From Lama guanicoe (Eukaryota): a stretch of 64,000 nucleotides of DNA. Below the pieces are notes generated by a model. The model was not told the DNA's origin. It searched no databases and was given only the letters and a program-made list of their open reading frames with translations. The stretch lies in assembly GCA_013239625.1 (NCBI GenBank), contig MU053304.1, forward strand, positions 2,976,001 to 3,040,000, read 5' to 3'. Of the stretch, positions 36,301-46,503 are shown one piece after another (the stretch's first letter is position 1; each line of letters opens with the position of its first letter). A program made the translations under genes and the position numbers.

Positions 36301-38980
36301 GATCGTATTCAATCAACAGAAACTATTAATGTCTTCAGAATACCAACCAGTTCAACGAATACTTATTTAGTTCCTTCTTCCAGACAAACAACTAGGAGCC
36401 TACATGCAATCAATAAAAGACAAAGATTGTCGTAACTGAGTCGGTTGAAAAGCATATATTCAACACCTACACTTCACAAAGTGAAGAGCTTCGTTCTTAG
36501 TGAATGTCATCGAGATAAAAAGGGAATGTCCCATGTTTGATTTGCCAAATTATTGCTACATTCCCTAGTTGTCAGGAATTTAGGTAGGGAGAGGAATAAT
36601 TCAGTGGAAGCCAACAAATGAATGCTCCCAACCTATCTGTGAGTCAAAGAAAGTGGGAGGACTGAAATGAAAGGATTAGGAGGTAAACGTAATTGCTTTA
36701 TCGGCAAAAAGGATAAAAGTACCATGAGGATGATTCAGTGGTGAGTGACTTTTTTCCTAGTCGATAAGGTTACTGCAACACCCATATGCTATTCAGTAGT
36801 GTCTTGGAAACCTGCATCTCCTTACCAAAGATTAGAATTCAGAAATTAAGCATGCAGCATGCTGAATGGCATGACCTTATTATAAGACAATCATTAAGAC
36901 AACAGTCACAACTATGAGTCTGAAGCTTTACTTGAGTTTAAGATTGCTATTAAAACCCTGGACTTTAGAGCCAGCATGGACCTTGGAGATCACCTCTCTG
37001 ACCCACTCATATTTCAAGACAAATTCTGCTTAACAAACAGCATCTCATTAAACCTGTTCATTTATTTAACAAATATGTGAGCGCATCCACAGAGGCCCCA
37101 CTCACCTAGAGGCTCTACTCCAGGTGCCAGAGACACTGTAATAAATGAAATTAACAAAGCCTCTGCCCTCATGGAGCTTTTATTCCAGTGGCGGAGACTA
37201 AGCAAGATAATTAACTAAAATTATGGTAGGCTGCATTGAGATGATGCGAAGAAAAGACAAAGCAAGGAAAGGGGCTCTCAAATATCTTGAAAAGAAGTTG
37301 TAAATTCTAGAAAGGGGGCTTTCACTTTACTCACTTTACTTACTTTTAAGAAAAGAGCTGAAAAAAATGCAAAAGTGCCAGCTTACGCAGATGTCCAGGG
37401 GAAGATTATTCCAGGCAAAAAGGCCAGCCACTGCAGAGACCCTGAGTGGGGCATCCCTGGTCATCTAAGGAACACTGGGAAGAGAAGTGCTGCGGCGGGT
37501 GGTGGGGGGACAGGTGAGGTCAGGGGGCAAAAGGGGGGCAGGTCCTATACGGCCTTGGACACCATAGGCCTTTCAGTTTAAGTGAAATGAAAAGCCACTG
37601 AAGGGCTGAAGCAGCAGAGTGGCATGATCAGATCTGTGCTCTTAATAGAGTCACGCCACTAAAGTGGGGCAAGTGTGAGGCTCCCTCCAGCAATAATGAG
37701 ACTGGTGGCCAAAGTGGTGGAGAGAAGTTGTTGAACTCTTGTCTGTATTTTGAAGGTGAGCTGGCAGGGTGTTTGTTCCTGGACCAAATGTGGAATGAGC
37801 AGGAGAGGAGAAAAGGATGAGCCCAAAGTTTTCACATAAGCAAGTGGGGGAGTGGAGCCTCCACTGACTGAGATGAGGGAGACCATCAGAAGCTGCGTGT
37901 GAGATGCACCCTGGACATCCGAACGAAGAACCAGGCAGGCAGTTGGGTACTCAGGACTACTCAGGATGGTTTTTAAGCCTTGCGAATAGATGAGGTCGCC
38001 TAGCGAATGAGTACAGTTAGACAAGTCCAAGGACAGAGAGTGGGAACCCTCCAACGTTAAGATCAGAAAGCGGACAAGGTAAAAAGATGGATGGAGAAAG
38101 AATGATGAAGCAGGAAAAAAAAAAGTGTGTGTCCTGGAAGCCACAGGAGGGCACAGTGATCAAATGGTTTGAATGCTGCTGCCTGATCAAGAAAGACAAG
38201 GACTGAAATGTGATACGGCCAGAGGATTTAGCAACGAACATTGCAGGTAGTCATTTGGTCTTTTGGAATTGTGGGATATTTACCTATAAAACCAGAGGAC
38301 TAGGCACAGCTGTCCTGCTCTAAATCTATAGCATTCTAGCTTTCTCTGGGTTTATTTCATAATCCCTTAACTCACTGGAAACTCTGTAAGCCCCATGTCA
38401 AGGAGCACAAAGGCGTAGGGAGTAGGCCCACAATAAATGTGTGGATTGATAGATGTGTAGTCTGGAATGCAGCCACTAACATAACATGCTTTTTAAGTAT
38501 GCATTTTTCTTTGCATACTCAGCACACCTTGACTTGATCATTCTGGTGCTTTAGGGGGAAAAAAAGAAAAGAAAAGAAAAAAGCAATTTGGTGCTTATCA
38601 GTGTCTTCACTTCCAGAAACCAATATCCTATGACATACCTAATCACCATCTCTCCCTCCCTGTCCACTTCCTTCCTAAGTAACCAGGAAGCATCGTAACT
38701 CAGCAATTTAAAAGTTTAAAGACTTCCTAAAGCAGCCTTTTTTAAAGTTTTAAGGAACAGAGTCCAGCATGCCAAGGAGTGAGGGGCCCAGTCTGGGAGG
38801 CGCCAGGCTTCCCTTCGCACATGGGTCACCCACTCCGGACCCGCCTTTCCCTCAGGTCCCCACACCCGCCTCCCCTCGCAGACCCTCTCGGTGCCAGAGG
38901 CCAGGACCCCACGTGAGGGCAGAGGTGGCTCGGCCCGTACCTGGTGGGTAATACCGGAGCAGGAGGCTCTTGAGCTTCAT
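349..38980 (-). CDS. DAW1: Dynein assembly factor with WD repeats 1 (WDR69/ODA16 orthologue), complete 13-exon CDS, 415 aa
   Basis: Manual splicing of 13 exons (40+73+145+59+123+100+108+107+103+115+77+163+35 = 1248 nt) gives an uninterrupted [23 protein letters not shown]...[11 protein letters not shown] with GH...WD repeats, matching the DAW1 protein I recall. All exon phases are compatible; all introns are GT-AG except intron 10 (GC-AG). Confidence 0.98.
2562..2724 (-). CDS. DAW1: DAW1 exon 12 ([55 protein letters not shown])
   Basis: actgttag| acceptor, G|gtagga donor, 163 nt. Confidence 0.97.
3400..3522 (+). mobile_element. L2 3' end with (GAAT)n tail
   Basis: gcctagcacaatgcctagcacag...gaatgaatgaatg. 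Confidence 0.7.
4574..4650 (-). CDS. DAW1: DAW1 exon 11 ([26 protein letters not shown])
   Basis: ctcaaaaag| acceptor, AAG|gtgagt donor, 77 nt. Confidence 0.96.
5130..5275 (+). repeat. L2 3' end with (GGAT)n microsatellite
   Basis: atctccagtgcccagaagtgcc...aataaac followed by ggatggatgg repeats. Confidence 0.65.
10065..10206 (+). mobile_element. tRNA-derived SINE (camelid Vic-1 type) inserted in the array
   Basis: GGGGAGGGTATAGCTCA...GGTTCAAA A/B boxes, A-rich tail, TSD aaacagttat (10055-10064) / aaacaattat (10207-10216). Confidence 0.88.
10789..10990 (+). mobile_element. MER44/Tigger7-type DNA transposon fragment inserted in the array
   Basis: Follows TA; aaatggaaattttcagaaataaacaattcataagttttaaattgcatgctgttctgagt resembles the MER44A consensus as recalled. 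Confidence 0.8.
12419..12702 (+). mobile_element. 5'-truncated L1 3' end (cetartiodactyl type) inserted in the array
   Basis: Typical L1 3'UTR (gcacagggaactat...aatcactttgctgtacacctgaaac); TSD aagaatatga at 12401-12410 and 12703-12712. Confidence 0.88.
12876..12990 (-). CDS. DAW1: DAW1 exon 10 ([39 protein letters not shown]), GC donor
   Basis: ctgtag| acceptor; frame with exon 11 requires donor G|gcaagt at 12875; 115 nt. Confidence 0.95.
13790..13892 (-). CDS. DAW1: DAW1 exon 9 ([34 protein letters not shown])
   Basis: ttttatag| acceptor, ATG|gtgagc donor, 103 nt. Confidence 0.97.
14794..14900 (-). CDS. DAW1: DAW1 exon 8 ([36 protein letters not shown])
   Basis: ttttctag| acceptor, AG|gtattc donor, 107 nt. 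Confidence 0.97.
16618..16725 (-). CDS. DAW1: DAW1 exon 7 ([36 protein letters not shown])
   Basis: aattcag| acceptor, ACA|gtatgt donor, 108 nt. Confidence 0.97.
17180..18840 (+). mobile_element. Old L2 LINE fragment
   Basis: Pyrimidine-rich L2-like motifs (ggccacaccctgacctt, ctggacatc, ggatagagtccaaattccttagc). Confidence 0.65.
20496..20595 (-). CDS. DAW1: DAW1 exon 6 ([33 protein letters not shown])
   Basis: tcttag| acceptor, ATA|gtgagt donor, 100 nt. Confidence 0.97.
22385..22507 (-). CDS. DAW1: DAW1 exon 5 ([41 protein letters not shown])
   Basis: gtgttag| acceptor, GG|gtaaaa donor, 123 nt, WD40 motif. Confidence 0.97.
23640..24385 (+). mobile_element. L1M (L1MA/MB-type) 3' fragment
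   Basis: ORF2 C-terminal remnant ([20 protein letters not shown]...FIAALFTI) plus 3'UTR and A-tail. Confidence 0.85.
24400..24760 (+). mobile_element. Old L1M 3'UTR fragment
   Basis: cctaatgtaaactatgaacttt...aatctctttaccttctgctcaattttactgcgaacc...aaaaataaag. Confidence 0.7.
24798..24856 (-). CDS. DAW1: DAW1 exon 4 ([20 protein letters not shown])
   Basis: ttgaag| acceptor, TG|gtaag donor, 59 nt. Confidence 0.96.
26313..26457 (-). CDS. DAW1: DAW1 exon 3 ([15 protein letters not shown]...KFYLFK)
   Basis: atttcag| acceptor, AAG|gtaaag donor, 145 nt; contained in ORF 26250..26471. Confidence 0.97.
27003..27055. repeat. Compound (TAT)n(TAGCAT)n microsatellite
   Basis: Directly visible. Confidence 0.85.
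27913..28108 (+). mobile_element. Short L1 3' end (cetartiodactyl type)
   Basis: Same 3'UTR motifs as 12419-12702; A-tail. Confidence 0.8.
30066..30138 (-). CDS. DAW1: DAW1 exon 2 ([25 protein letters not shown])
   Basis: ttcttag| acceptor, AG|gtaag donor, 73 nt, in phase. Confidence 0.97.
30270..31695 (+). mobile_element. Old L1M 5'UTR/ORF1 fragment
   Basis: ORF 31468.. shows L1 ORF1p-like coiled coil ([35 protein letters not shown]). Confidence 0.7.
31765..33122. mobile_element. hAT-Charlie1-type DNA transposon
   Basis: ggcctcaggaccacttta... start, ...cactttgagaatcaccg end and internal motifs resemble Charlie1a as recalled. Confidence 0.7.
34400..35415 (+). mobile_element. Highly decayed L1ME-type ORF2 3' fragment
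   Basis: A-rich L1-like motifs (ttcaacattgtgaagatggca, ttttacccattagattagcaaaa). Confidence 0.6.
37060..38240 (-). mobile_element. L2 LINE fragment
   Basis: ttcatttatttaacaaatat... ctctgccctcatggagctt... typical of antisense L2. Confidence 0.7.
38941..38980 (-). CDS. DAW1: DAW1 coding exon 1 ([14 protein letters not shown])
   Basis: ATG at 38980 in context gagaagATGA; donor G|gtacgg at 38940. Confidence 0.96.
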
Positions 38981-39014
38981 CTTCTCTCTCGGGGACCACC
39001 CGGCGACCGACTTG

Positions 39015-39028
39015 GTCGCCATAGAAAC
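39015..39028. promoter_or_regulatory. RFX X-box GTCGCCATAGAAAC
   Basis: Fits the X-box pattern GTYNCC-AT-RGNAAC; 35 nt upstream of the ATG of a motile-cilia gene, a known RFX target class. Confidence 0.8.
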
Positions 39029-39051
39029 GGCCAAACAGCGGACAGCGGCGG

Positions 39052-39063
39052 CGCGCATGCGCG
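39052..39063. promoter_or_regulatory. NRF1-type palindrome CGCGCATGCGCG
   Basis: Perfect palindrome with GCGCATGCGC core inside the CpG island. Confidence 0.6.
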
Positions 39064-40138
39064 GGCGCCACAGCGTGCTCCCAGGGAGCCGGTCGTGGAG
39101 CAAGAGCTCCTGGGGCGCATCCTGCGGGGCCGGCGGCCCGGGACCCGCGCCGGGGTCCCGGAGATGCGCGGGCGCAGAGCGCGCCCTGCCCCCGCCGCGG
39201 CCCGCGTCTGTCTGGGTTTCCCGGGGGCGGGCGGGGGCGCCAGGGCGCGGCGCGGGGAGGACGCGCCCTCCCGCGCCGCCGCCACCCAGCTCTGCCTGCA
39301 CCCCTTGGTATCTGGGTGGACGAGACAAGGCCCCCTCGTGTGTTCCCTCGCCCTCACAAGGGGCGAGGCGCGGCCGGGGACCGCGCGCATTTTAGCCCAC
39401 TGGGTTTCCAATTTAGTGCATTAGGCTTACAAAACGGAGGGATGGGAGGAGGAAAATCCCTCTCCGGGCTGCCGCTGCCCTGCTCTCAGGCCCTGTTCCT
39501 GTCCCCGCAAAAGAAGAACGACCTCAGCGCAATAGCCTACATTTCCTATCGCTGAACCATGCACTGCACTAAGCGCTCTATGCATTATACTCGGAGTCCT
39601 AACAAAGGTATGAGTTATGCACCGTTTATTACCACCCGCATCTCAAGGATGAGACAGAATTAGAGAAAAGTGCTGAACTACCCAAGGTCACAGTGAGCGG
39701 TGGAGGCGGGATGGGAAGGCAGGCGTGTCGGAAGCCTGTGCCTGGAATCCTATACCTGTGCTCCCAACCCAGGGTTTAAGGCCTCGGAGGCCTTCTTTTG
39801 TCCCGTTCTGTTTCCTGCCAGCATGGGTCCTTTGCCTGCCAAGTCGAGTTCGCTTCAGAAGACTGTGGACAGGAAGAGTCAGCTAGCTAGATTGTCAGTT
39901 TCGTGTAAGAAATTTGGCCAAAGTTCCGAAGTTGGAATTTCCCAAACTTGAGCAATTGCTGTGTTATCGGCACAGCCATCGGCCACATCTCCTTTTCCAA
40001 CTTCGTACTTGGCTTCTTTAAGTTCTTGCAACTCTCTTAACTGACTCACTTGTTCTACTTCACCTTTTTAAATGTAATTTAAAAGAAAATCGTGGTTAAT
40101 ACTGTGAATTACAATTTCCTATAATTTTCAGTGAAGAA

Positions 40139-40262
40139 GGGGAGGAAAATAGCTCAGAGGTAGCACGCTTACCATGCCCAAGGTCCTCGGTTCAATCTCA
40201 GTACCTCCATTATAAATAAATAAATAAAATAAAATTTTAAAAATTAAAAAATTAAAAATTTC
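40139..40262 (+). mobile_element. tRNA-derived SINE (Vic-1 type), diverged
   Basis: ggggagg..tagctcag..ggttcaatctcagtacctcc plus A-rich tail; similar to 10065 and 49310 copies. Confidence 0.8.
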
Positions 40263-40756
40263 CACCAAGAGCAGCAGGTTTTTTTTAATGCTGTTGCATT
40301 ACTCCGTACTATTGCCTGCCGAAGACTGCAAAACAGAGGCCTTCCCTTTCTTTCCTTTTTTTTAAGAGAAAAAAATATCAAAAATCTACTTGAAATTTTC
40401 AAGACAGGCTAGCGACCAACTGAACATTTTTACTTCATTTACTCAGAAGTTTGCAGAAATCGTTGACAGAGGAACGATTAGCCTTTGCTGCTAAGTGATA
40501 CCGTTAAACCTAAAACAAACAGGCGGCACATGAAAATCATCGCCCACCTGCAGGAAGCATCCCGCACTTGGGAAACAGGGATCTAGGTGAAATCTCAGAC
40601 ACCTTCTAGCTCACTCCCCTCGTGATTAAGACTCTAGAAAGGAGAGTTTAAGCAGGGAGGGGCAAGGGGCTCCTCTGTAGAAATGAGGGATTCTTGAATA
40701 GCTTTTTCTCACCCATGTTGTTGCTTATTGCTCATGCCACTTAAAATGAGGCCTTT

Positions 40757-41080
40757 GGCTCATTTACAAAACAGAAGCAGGTTGTAGTAAACAATCTTAC
40801 GGTTACCAGGGTAAGGGGGTAGGAGGGGATAAATTTGGGAGTTTGATATTTACAAATGTTAGCCACTTTATATAAAAATAGATTTAACAAAAGTTTCTTT
40901 TGTATAGCACAGAGAACTATGCTCAATACCTTGTAATAATCTTTAATAGAAAAAAATATGAAAACAAATATATGTGTGTATATGCAATACTGGGTCATTG
41001 TGCTGTACACCAGAAATTGACACATTGTAATTGACTGTACTTTAATTAAAAAATAAATAAATGAAATGAAATGAAATGAA
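40757..41080 (+). mobile_element. 5'-truncated L1 3' end with 14-bp TSD
   Basis: TSD aaaatgaggccttt (40743-40756) / aaaacgaggccttt (41081-41094); L1 3'UTR; (AAATG)n tail. Confidence 0.88.
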
Positions 41081-41099
41081 AAAACGAGGCCTTTTAAAA

Positions 41100-41687
41100 A
41101 ATAACAACTTTTTACCGTGGAGAAATCTGGTAGACACCATTTAACTGTGTGATCAAAGTTAACATCACCAATATTGGGACAGAGTGACATCCATGCCTCC
41201 TGTTACAATGCAATGAAAAGGACACAGTAGTTCTCTGGAATTCCTACCCAGGTTGCATTATCTGCCTCTAATGATGAGGAAAGATCAGAACAACCAAAAT
41301 TTGAAGAAACTGTGCAAAATAACTGTTGAATTCAAGAAAGAAAGAGACTGAGAAACTACTCCAGGTTAATGGACACTAAAGAAATTGAACAAATAAATGC
41401 ACTGAGTAGTCCTGGCTCCTGGAGCAGAAAAAAAAAAATCTGTAAAGGACATGATTGGGTTAATTGGATGAAATTTGAACAAGGATTGAGGTTTAGACTA
41501 TATTATATTAATATTACATAAATATTCTTTCCTGATTTTGATTATTGTTCTATGGTTATGTAAGAGAATGTCCTTGTTCTTAGGAAAAACTCACTGGCTT
41601 ATTTAGGGATAAAGTGATATTATAACTGCCATCAACTCTCAAATGTTTTTGAAAAAAGCTCTGTATGAGAGAGAGAGAGAGAGAGAG

Positions 41688-41721
<34 letters not shown>

Positions 41722-41830
41722 GATAAAGCCAATGAGCAATATGTTGAATCTAAGCAAGGGGTTCCTTTCGGGGAGTTTCTTGACTACTCTTGCAACTTCT
41801 CTGTAAGTTTGAAGTTATTACAAAATAAAA
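41100..41830 (+). mobile_element. Old L1MC-type 3'UTR containing a (GA)n(GT)n microsatellite at 41667-41720
   Basis: gtggagaaatctggtagacacc...gatcaaagttaacatcacca; ends ttacaaaataaaa. Confidence 0.7.
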
Positions 41831-43109
41831 AGAGGCCTTTGTTTCCCACAGGCCAAGCCAGCTTCAGAGTATGCCAGGACATCAGTGACAATTGCGGAAC
41901 TATTTGGCTCCACTCTTGTTTTGTTAAGAGAGCCCCAAGTCCAAATTCACTTCCTGTTTCACATCTAATTCCACCTCCATCTTCCTCTGATTATGGGGCC
42001 AAAATCATCTGTCATTGTCGCCTACCCTTCTCCACTCCCTCGGTTTCCCTGAGCCCCTGTCCTCTCTAAGTGGGCCCTTTTCTTCCTGTTCCAGGTGAAG
42101 AATTCCCCCTACTTCTCTGAACCAAGCTTTTAAGGGTTGTCCTTTTCCTTCTGAAAAAGGAATCCCAGATCTGCTGCTCTCGACATCTCTGCTTTGGCTC
42201 CAGGAGCATAACCCAGTTCTCCCACATAAGAGGTTAGAGAACTTCTTTACCACCCTTCTTCACAGACGAGCCCTTTTTACCACCCCTGGGGCACAGGCCC
42301 TTGGAGGTGAGGTCCAGTCTTCCCACAGCCCATGCCCACCAGGGGTCAGCAGCCCTCACCTCCATCTTTGCTTGAGAGTCATTTATCGGGACATCCAGCC
42401 ACCCTGACTGTGCGTTCAGTTCCCGAAGTTCTTCTCACAATTTCTCCCAGGGACCTCTCTGCTAGTAAGACTCCTAATGTTGTGACTTGGCAGCCCAGAA
42501 TCCTTGTCACAAGTACCCAATATGTCTCCCACCTCCCTTTCTAGGAAGGCAGTAGGGTTGTATGCAAATGAAGTGGTGACCCAAAGAGAAGGCAGCAGAG
42601 CTCATGAGCGCAGGCAGATTTCTCTTTTGGCTTTGGCTGAAGAGTTAAAGCTGGGCTTAACTGATTCACCTTCTACTCACTCCTGGAAGCTGTTCCATGA
42701 ATCTCTCAGCCTGAGAAAATGACTATTTTACTTTAAATCACCCTCAGTGCTGGGCCACTATAGTCTTGAATGATGCACAGAAATTTGCATAGACACAACT
42801 CCTGCATTGTCCTGGTGACGGTCACTCATCCCAGTGTGCAGGGGGCTTGGTATGACTTTCTCACAGGGCTGCCATAGAGACCTTCCTAAAAGTTGTAGAA
42901 TACTTTCAGTCAATTCATGGCATCCTGTACTGACTTGACCATTGACTGGCTAGATCAGTAATTGTCATTCATATGGATTTGTACATAGAAGTGTCATAGT
43001 TGACGCTGAGTTTCTTCCCACTGACACCTGCCTTGAACAATCAGAAACTGAAAAGTTAATAGCATTCCCAAATCAGTTCAGTCCAGTGCATTGAAGCCAC
43101 TCTGAACTT

Positions 43110-43299
43110 CAGTTCTCACACTGTGTCCCTGGACCAGCCAAGGCAGCATCACCTGGGAACTTGTTAGAAACGCAGATTCTTGCCCTGTCCTACACTATCT
43201 ACAGAATCAGAAGTGCTGGTGGTGAGGCTAACACAACAATTTGTGTTTGGATAACTTTTCCTGGTGATGCTGATAAATGATGGAGTTTGGAAACCACTG
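43110..43299. mobile_element. MER5A-type hAT MITE
   Basis: gcagcatcacctgggaacttgttagaaacgcagattct...tttggaaaccactg. Confidence 0.8.
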
Positions 43300-45999
43300 C
43301 ATTAGTGTGGTAAGTTACATTGGTCTGGCCCGGCCACAGTGAAATTGGACATCCACCCCCTGCAATCAGACCTTTTGTGTATTCTGGACAATCTTCCCTA
43401 ATTGTCAGGGACAGTAAAGTGTTTGCTCCATGATATGAGTAAGACCTAGAAACAATGTGGGGAGAAACTGGGATTCTTAGCATTTTGGGGTTTCAGATGC
43501 TCCAGTTCACTGAGAGAGACCAACGGATGTCGACTGAGGGCAGACGAGGGCCCCTGGGAAGGAAGGTAAGGGCAGGAGAGGGAGAGAAGCAAGGGGAGAA
43601 GATGATGGGAGGGAGGCAGGAGTCATCCTGGGGATCCAGCTTCAGCTTTGACGAGGGACAGTGGGGCAGGGGGGCTTCTGGCTACGGCAGGGCTTGCTGG
43701 TTCCCACTTGACCCAGCTCCTCCTGGAGAGAGCCGTGGCACCAGTGAACCATGTCACTAGTCCTTCAGGCCTTCCCTGAGTGTAGTAGGCAGAAAAGAAG
43801 TGCAGTTCCCTCCTGGAAAGAGAGACAGTAAGTGATTGCTGTTCAGAGCCTGGCAGTAGAGGTCAGCTGTGCAGCCCAGTTAACAGTGGCCCCACCCCAA
43901 CAGGCCCCCAAGCCGGGAGCTGCATCAGGGCAGAAGCACCCTGATGACTTATCCCTTTTTATTTTCTTCCCATGCCGACCCGAATCCCATGGGAGAACTC
44001 TCAAGACATCGGATTTTACCTGGAACCAGAGAACTGGCAGGGCCAAGGTCTACTCATTGAATCATTCGATAAGTACCTGTTGAGGACCTATGAGTTCCAG
44101 GCACACTCCAAGTACAAGGGATCTAATTCTGAAAAAAGAAATATTTCAAGGGACTCATTCACAGAAAGAATCAGACTTCAGGTGGGTTTGAAAGTATTGC
44201 CTGTATGGAGAGGCAGCACATCTCTGGGTGAGACCACATTTACCTTCCCAGATGGGCTCCTTCTGAGACAAGCAGGTCACTCCAGCAGGACTGATCAACA
44301 TAGCTGTGCCCCTTGCTGTAATTCCTTAGAGCAGACTACCTGGCTGGAAGCCTGTCTACCACCTGCGGGCTGTGTGCCCTTGACAAGGTCCGTAACCCCT
44401 GTGGCTTCAGTTTCCTCATTGGAAGCATAGGAGTGATCACAGTATCCAAAGCTTGGTTATTTTCCCTGGCTCTGGCTCAGTCAGAAACACTCCATAAGTA
44501 TCAAGGATGGTCATGATAAAAATAAGCATTTATTATCCTACGATTGTCATCTTTGAAATTAGGGAAAGAGTGTCCACGTTTTTCCTATTTAAACTGAAAA
44601 TCCAGATCAACAGTTACTCTGATTATCACATACGTTCAATTTGGAGTCCTTTGTATGATGCTTAACAACAGGTGTACCTTACTGCTTATGTACGTCTTAG
44701 TACATTAGTATAAATATTAAAACTAGCTTATATTCCTTAAGGCATTACTTTCTCTGTAGATACAAATAGATTGTTTTCTTTTTTAAAAAGCTGGTGAAGA
44801 TTCAGAAGTGGGGAGAGGGTTCTGTACCTTAACAAGTCTAGAGAGCGTCCAGAAAAGAACAACGAAGATGGGAAAGGACCTGAGAAAGCCCGGAGCAGGA
44901 ACAAGGAGACCTGCGGTGGGCTTGACGCAGCCTTCCCTGCGTGACACAGGGAGCATCCTCCACTAACACTTAATGCTCAAGAATTTGGAGGATGCATTTG
45001 GTAGAAGCTACAACTGATTATATGGAGGAATAGTGCAGGGCTAGGAGAGCCGGATGGACAGAGACAGATTTCAGTTCAATATAAAGAACTTTGTGCCAAT
45101 GTGTCCAGTAATGTCTCAAAAAGTGCGAGAATTTCCCAGCATGGGGAGTGTGCTAGCTGAGGCAGTTTGACCAGCTACCAGGAATTACTGCAGAACACAG
45201 GGCTAAATTGGCTGAGGGACAGGACTAGATAAAAGAGGCCTGATTTCCCTTTTGATGCAATGATTCCGTGATTTTGCGCTGTCTGCGTGTTTTCACGAGA
45301 GAGCAGATGTGGAGACGTGAACAACAGGGGATTGCTAGTTGAAAGACAGAAGTTCCCATCAAGGTCCTCTCATCAGTGACCTTTAGGCAGGCCATTTGTC
45401 CTTCTAACCCTCGGTTACTGATCTGTAAGTCATTCCCTTTCCTTCCAGGCAGCTCTAGCATACTGCGACTAGCTTATTCATGCTCTGAGCTTTTATTCTT
45501 GTCACTCTTTCCACCTGGTAAGCCCCCGACTTCATCTGCTCTAAAGTCTTACCAGGCTAGAATCGCCTTCTCTACAGGCTCAATTCAGTTTCATACAGTG
45601 GCATGTGGTGGGCGTGGGTTTCACAGCACAGACTCTGAATTTTTCCGACCAGGCAATTCCTGCCTCAAACCCCCATTCGGAAGATGGCATCTGGCCACTT
45701 TCGGGTAAATTCATGTGAACCCAGTGATTTCTCAGTCATTTCATGTTTAAAACCCCATGACTTTCAGAGCTGTTATTTGTTTTTGCTTCCTCCAGTGGAG
45801 TTTATTCTAAACTCCTGAGGGAGCTTACACAGTAAATGGCCGCTTCTTATGGATGGATGGGAGAAAGGCCTGAAATTCTGAGTCCTGATTGTCCTCAGTC
45901 CTGGGCTCCTGGTTGTAGCCCCTCCTCCCGTTTGTCAGTATGCTCTCTGCCATCTTGATGCAGCCATTGCCACAATGTGACTACGTCCTACTTTGGGTC

Positions 46000-46503
46000 T
46001 GCTGACTGAAATAAAATGCACAACCTAAAAGCTGAGAAGTATGTTTTATTCGGTGGACTTTCTGAGGACTCGAGCCCGGGACATGGCCTCTCATGTCACT
46101 GTAAGAGGCTGTTCCAAAGTGGCAAGGTAGAAGCCAGGCATAGGAGTTTTTGCAACAAAGACCAAGTAGTCAGAACATCAAAAGATTACTGTTAATAAAA
46201 GAAAGCCAGCTATCTCAAGTTAAGGAATTTAGTGCTTTTCTATGTACGGGAAAGTGCAAAAGTCTGTGCATTGAAATCATTCCTTTGATATGCACCTAGC
46301 TATCTAGGGCCGGTATCCTGTTCTTTCACATCCTGAGTCCCCTCAGGGTGCACTGCTGTGGGTGGCTGCAGAGGCCGGACTGCCTGCTTGTCAGCATTCT
46401 GAGTCCCCTCCACTTACTGTCAGTGGGTAGCAGTATCGGCTGATGACTTGATGGTCATAGCAGTCTTTGTTTACTGATGTGCTGGCAATATTTTTCATTC
46501 ACG
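46000..46503 (-). mobile_element. Solo LTR, probably ERV1 class
   Basis: ~504 bp, TG...CG (decayed CA) ends, 4-bp TSD GGTC (45996-45999 / 46504-46507), minus-strand AATAAA near 46046. Confidence 0.75.

Larger units (their letters stand above)
38760..39550. promoter_or_regulatory. CpG-island promoter of DAW1
   Basis: Very GC- and CpG-dense block spanning exon 1, with GC boxes (ggggcgggcggggg near 39225). Confidence 0.9.

Noticed and set aside
38769..39424. Several overlapping 60-177 aa ORFs
   Set aside because: Expected from stop-poor CpG-island DNA; only the DAW1 exon-1 frame is supported
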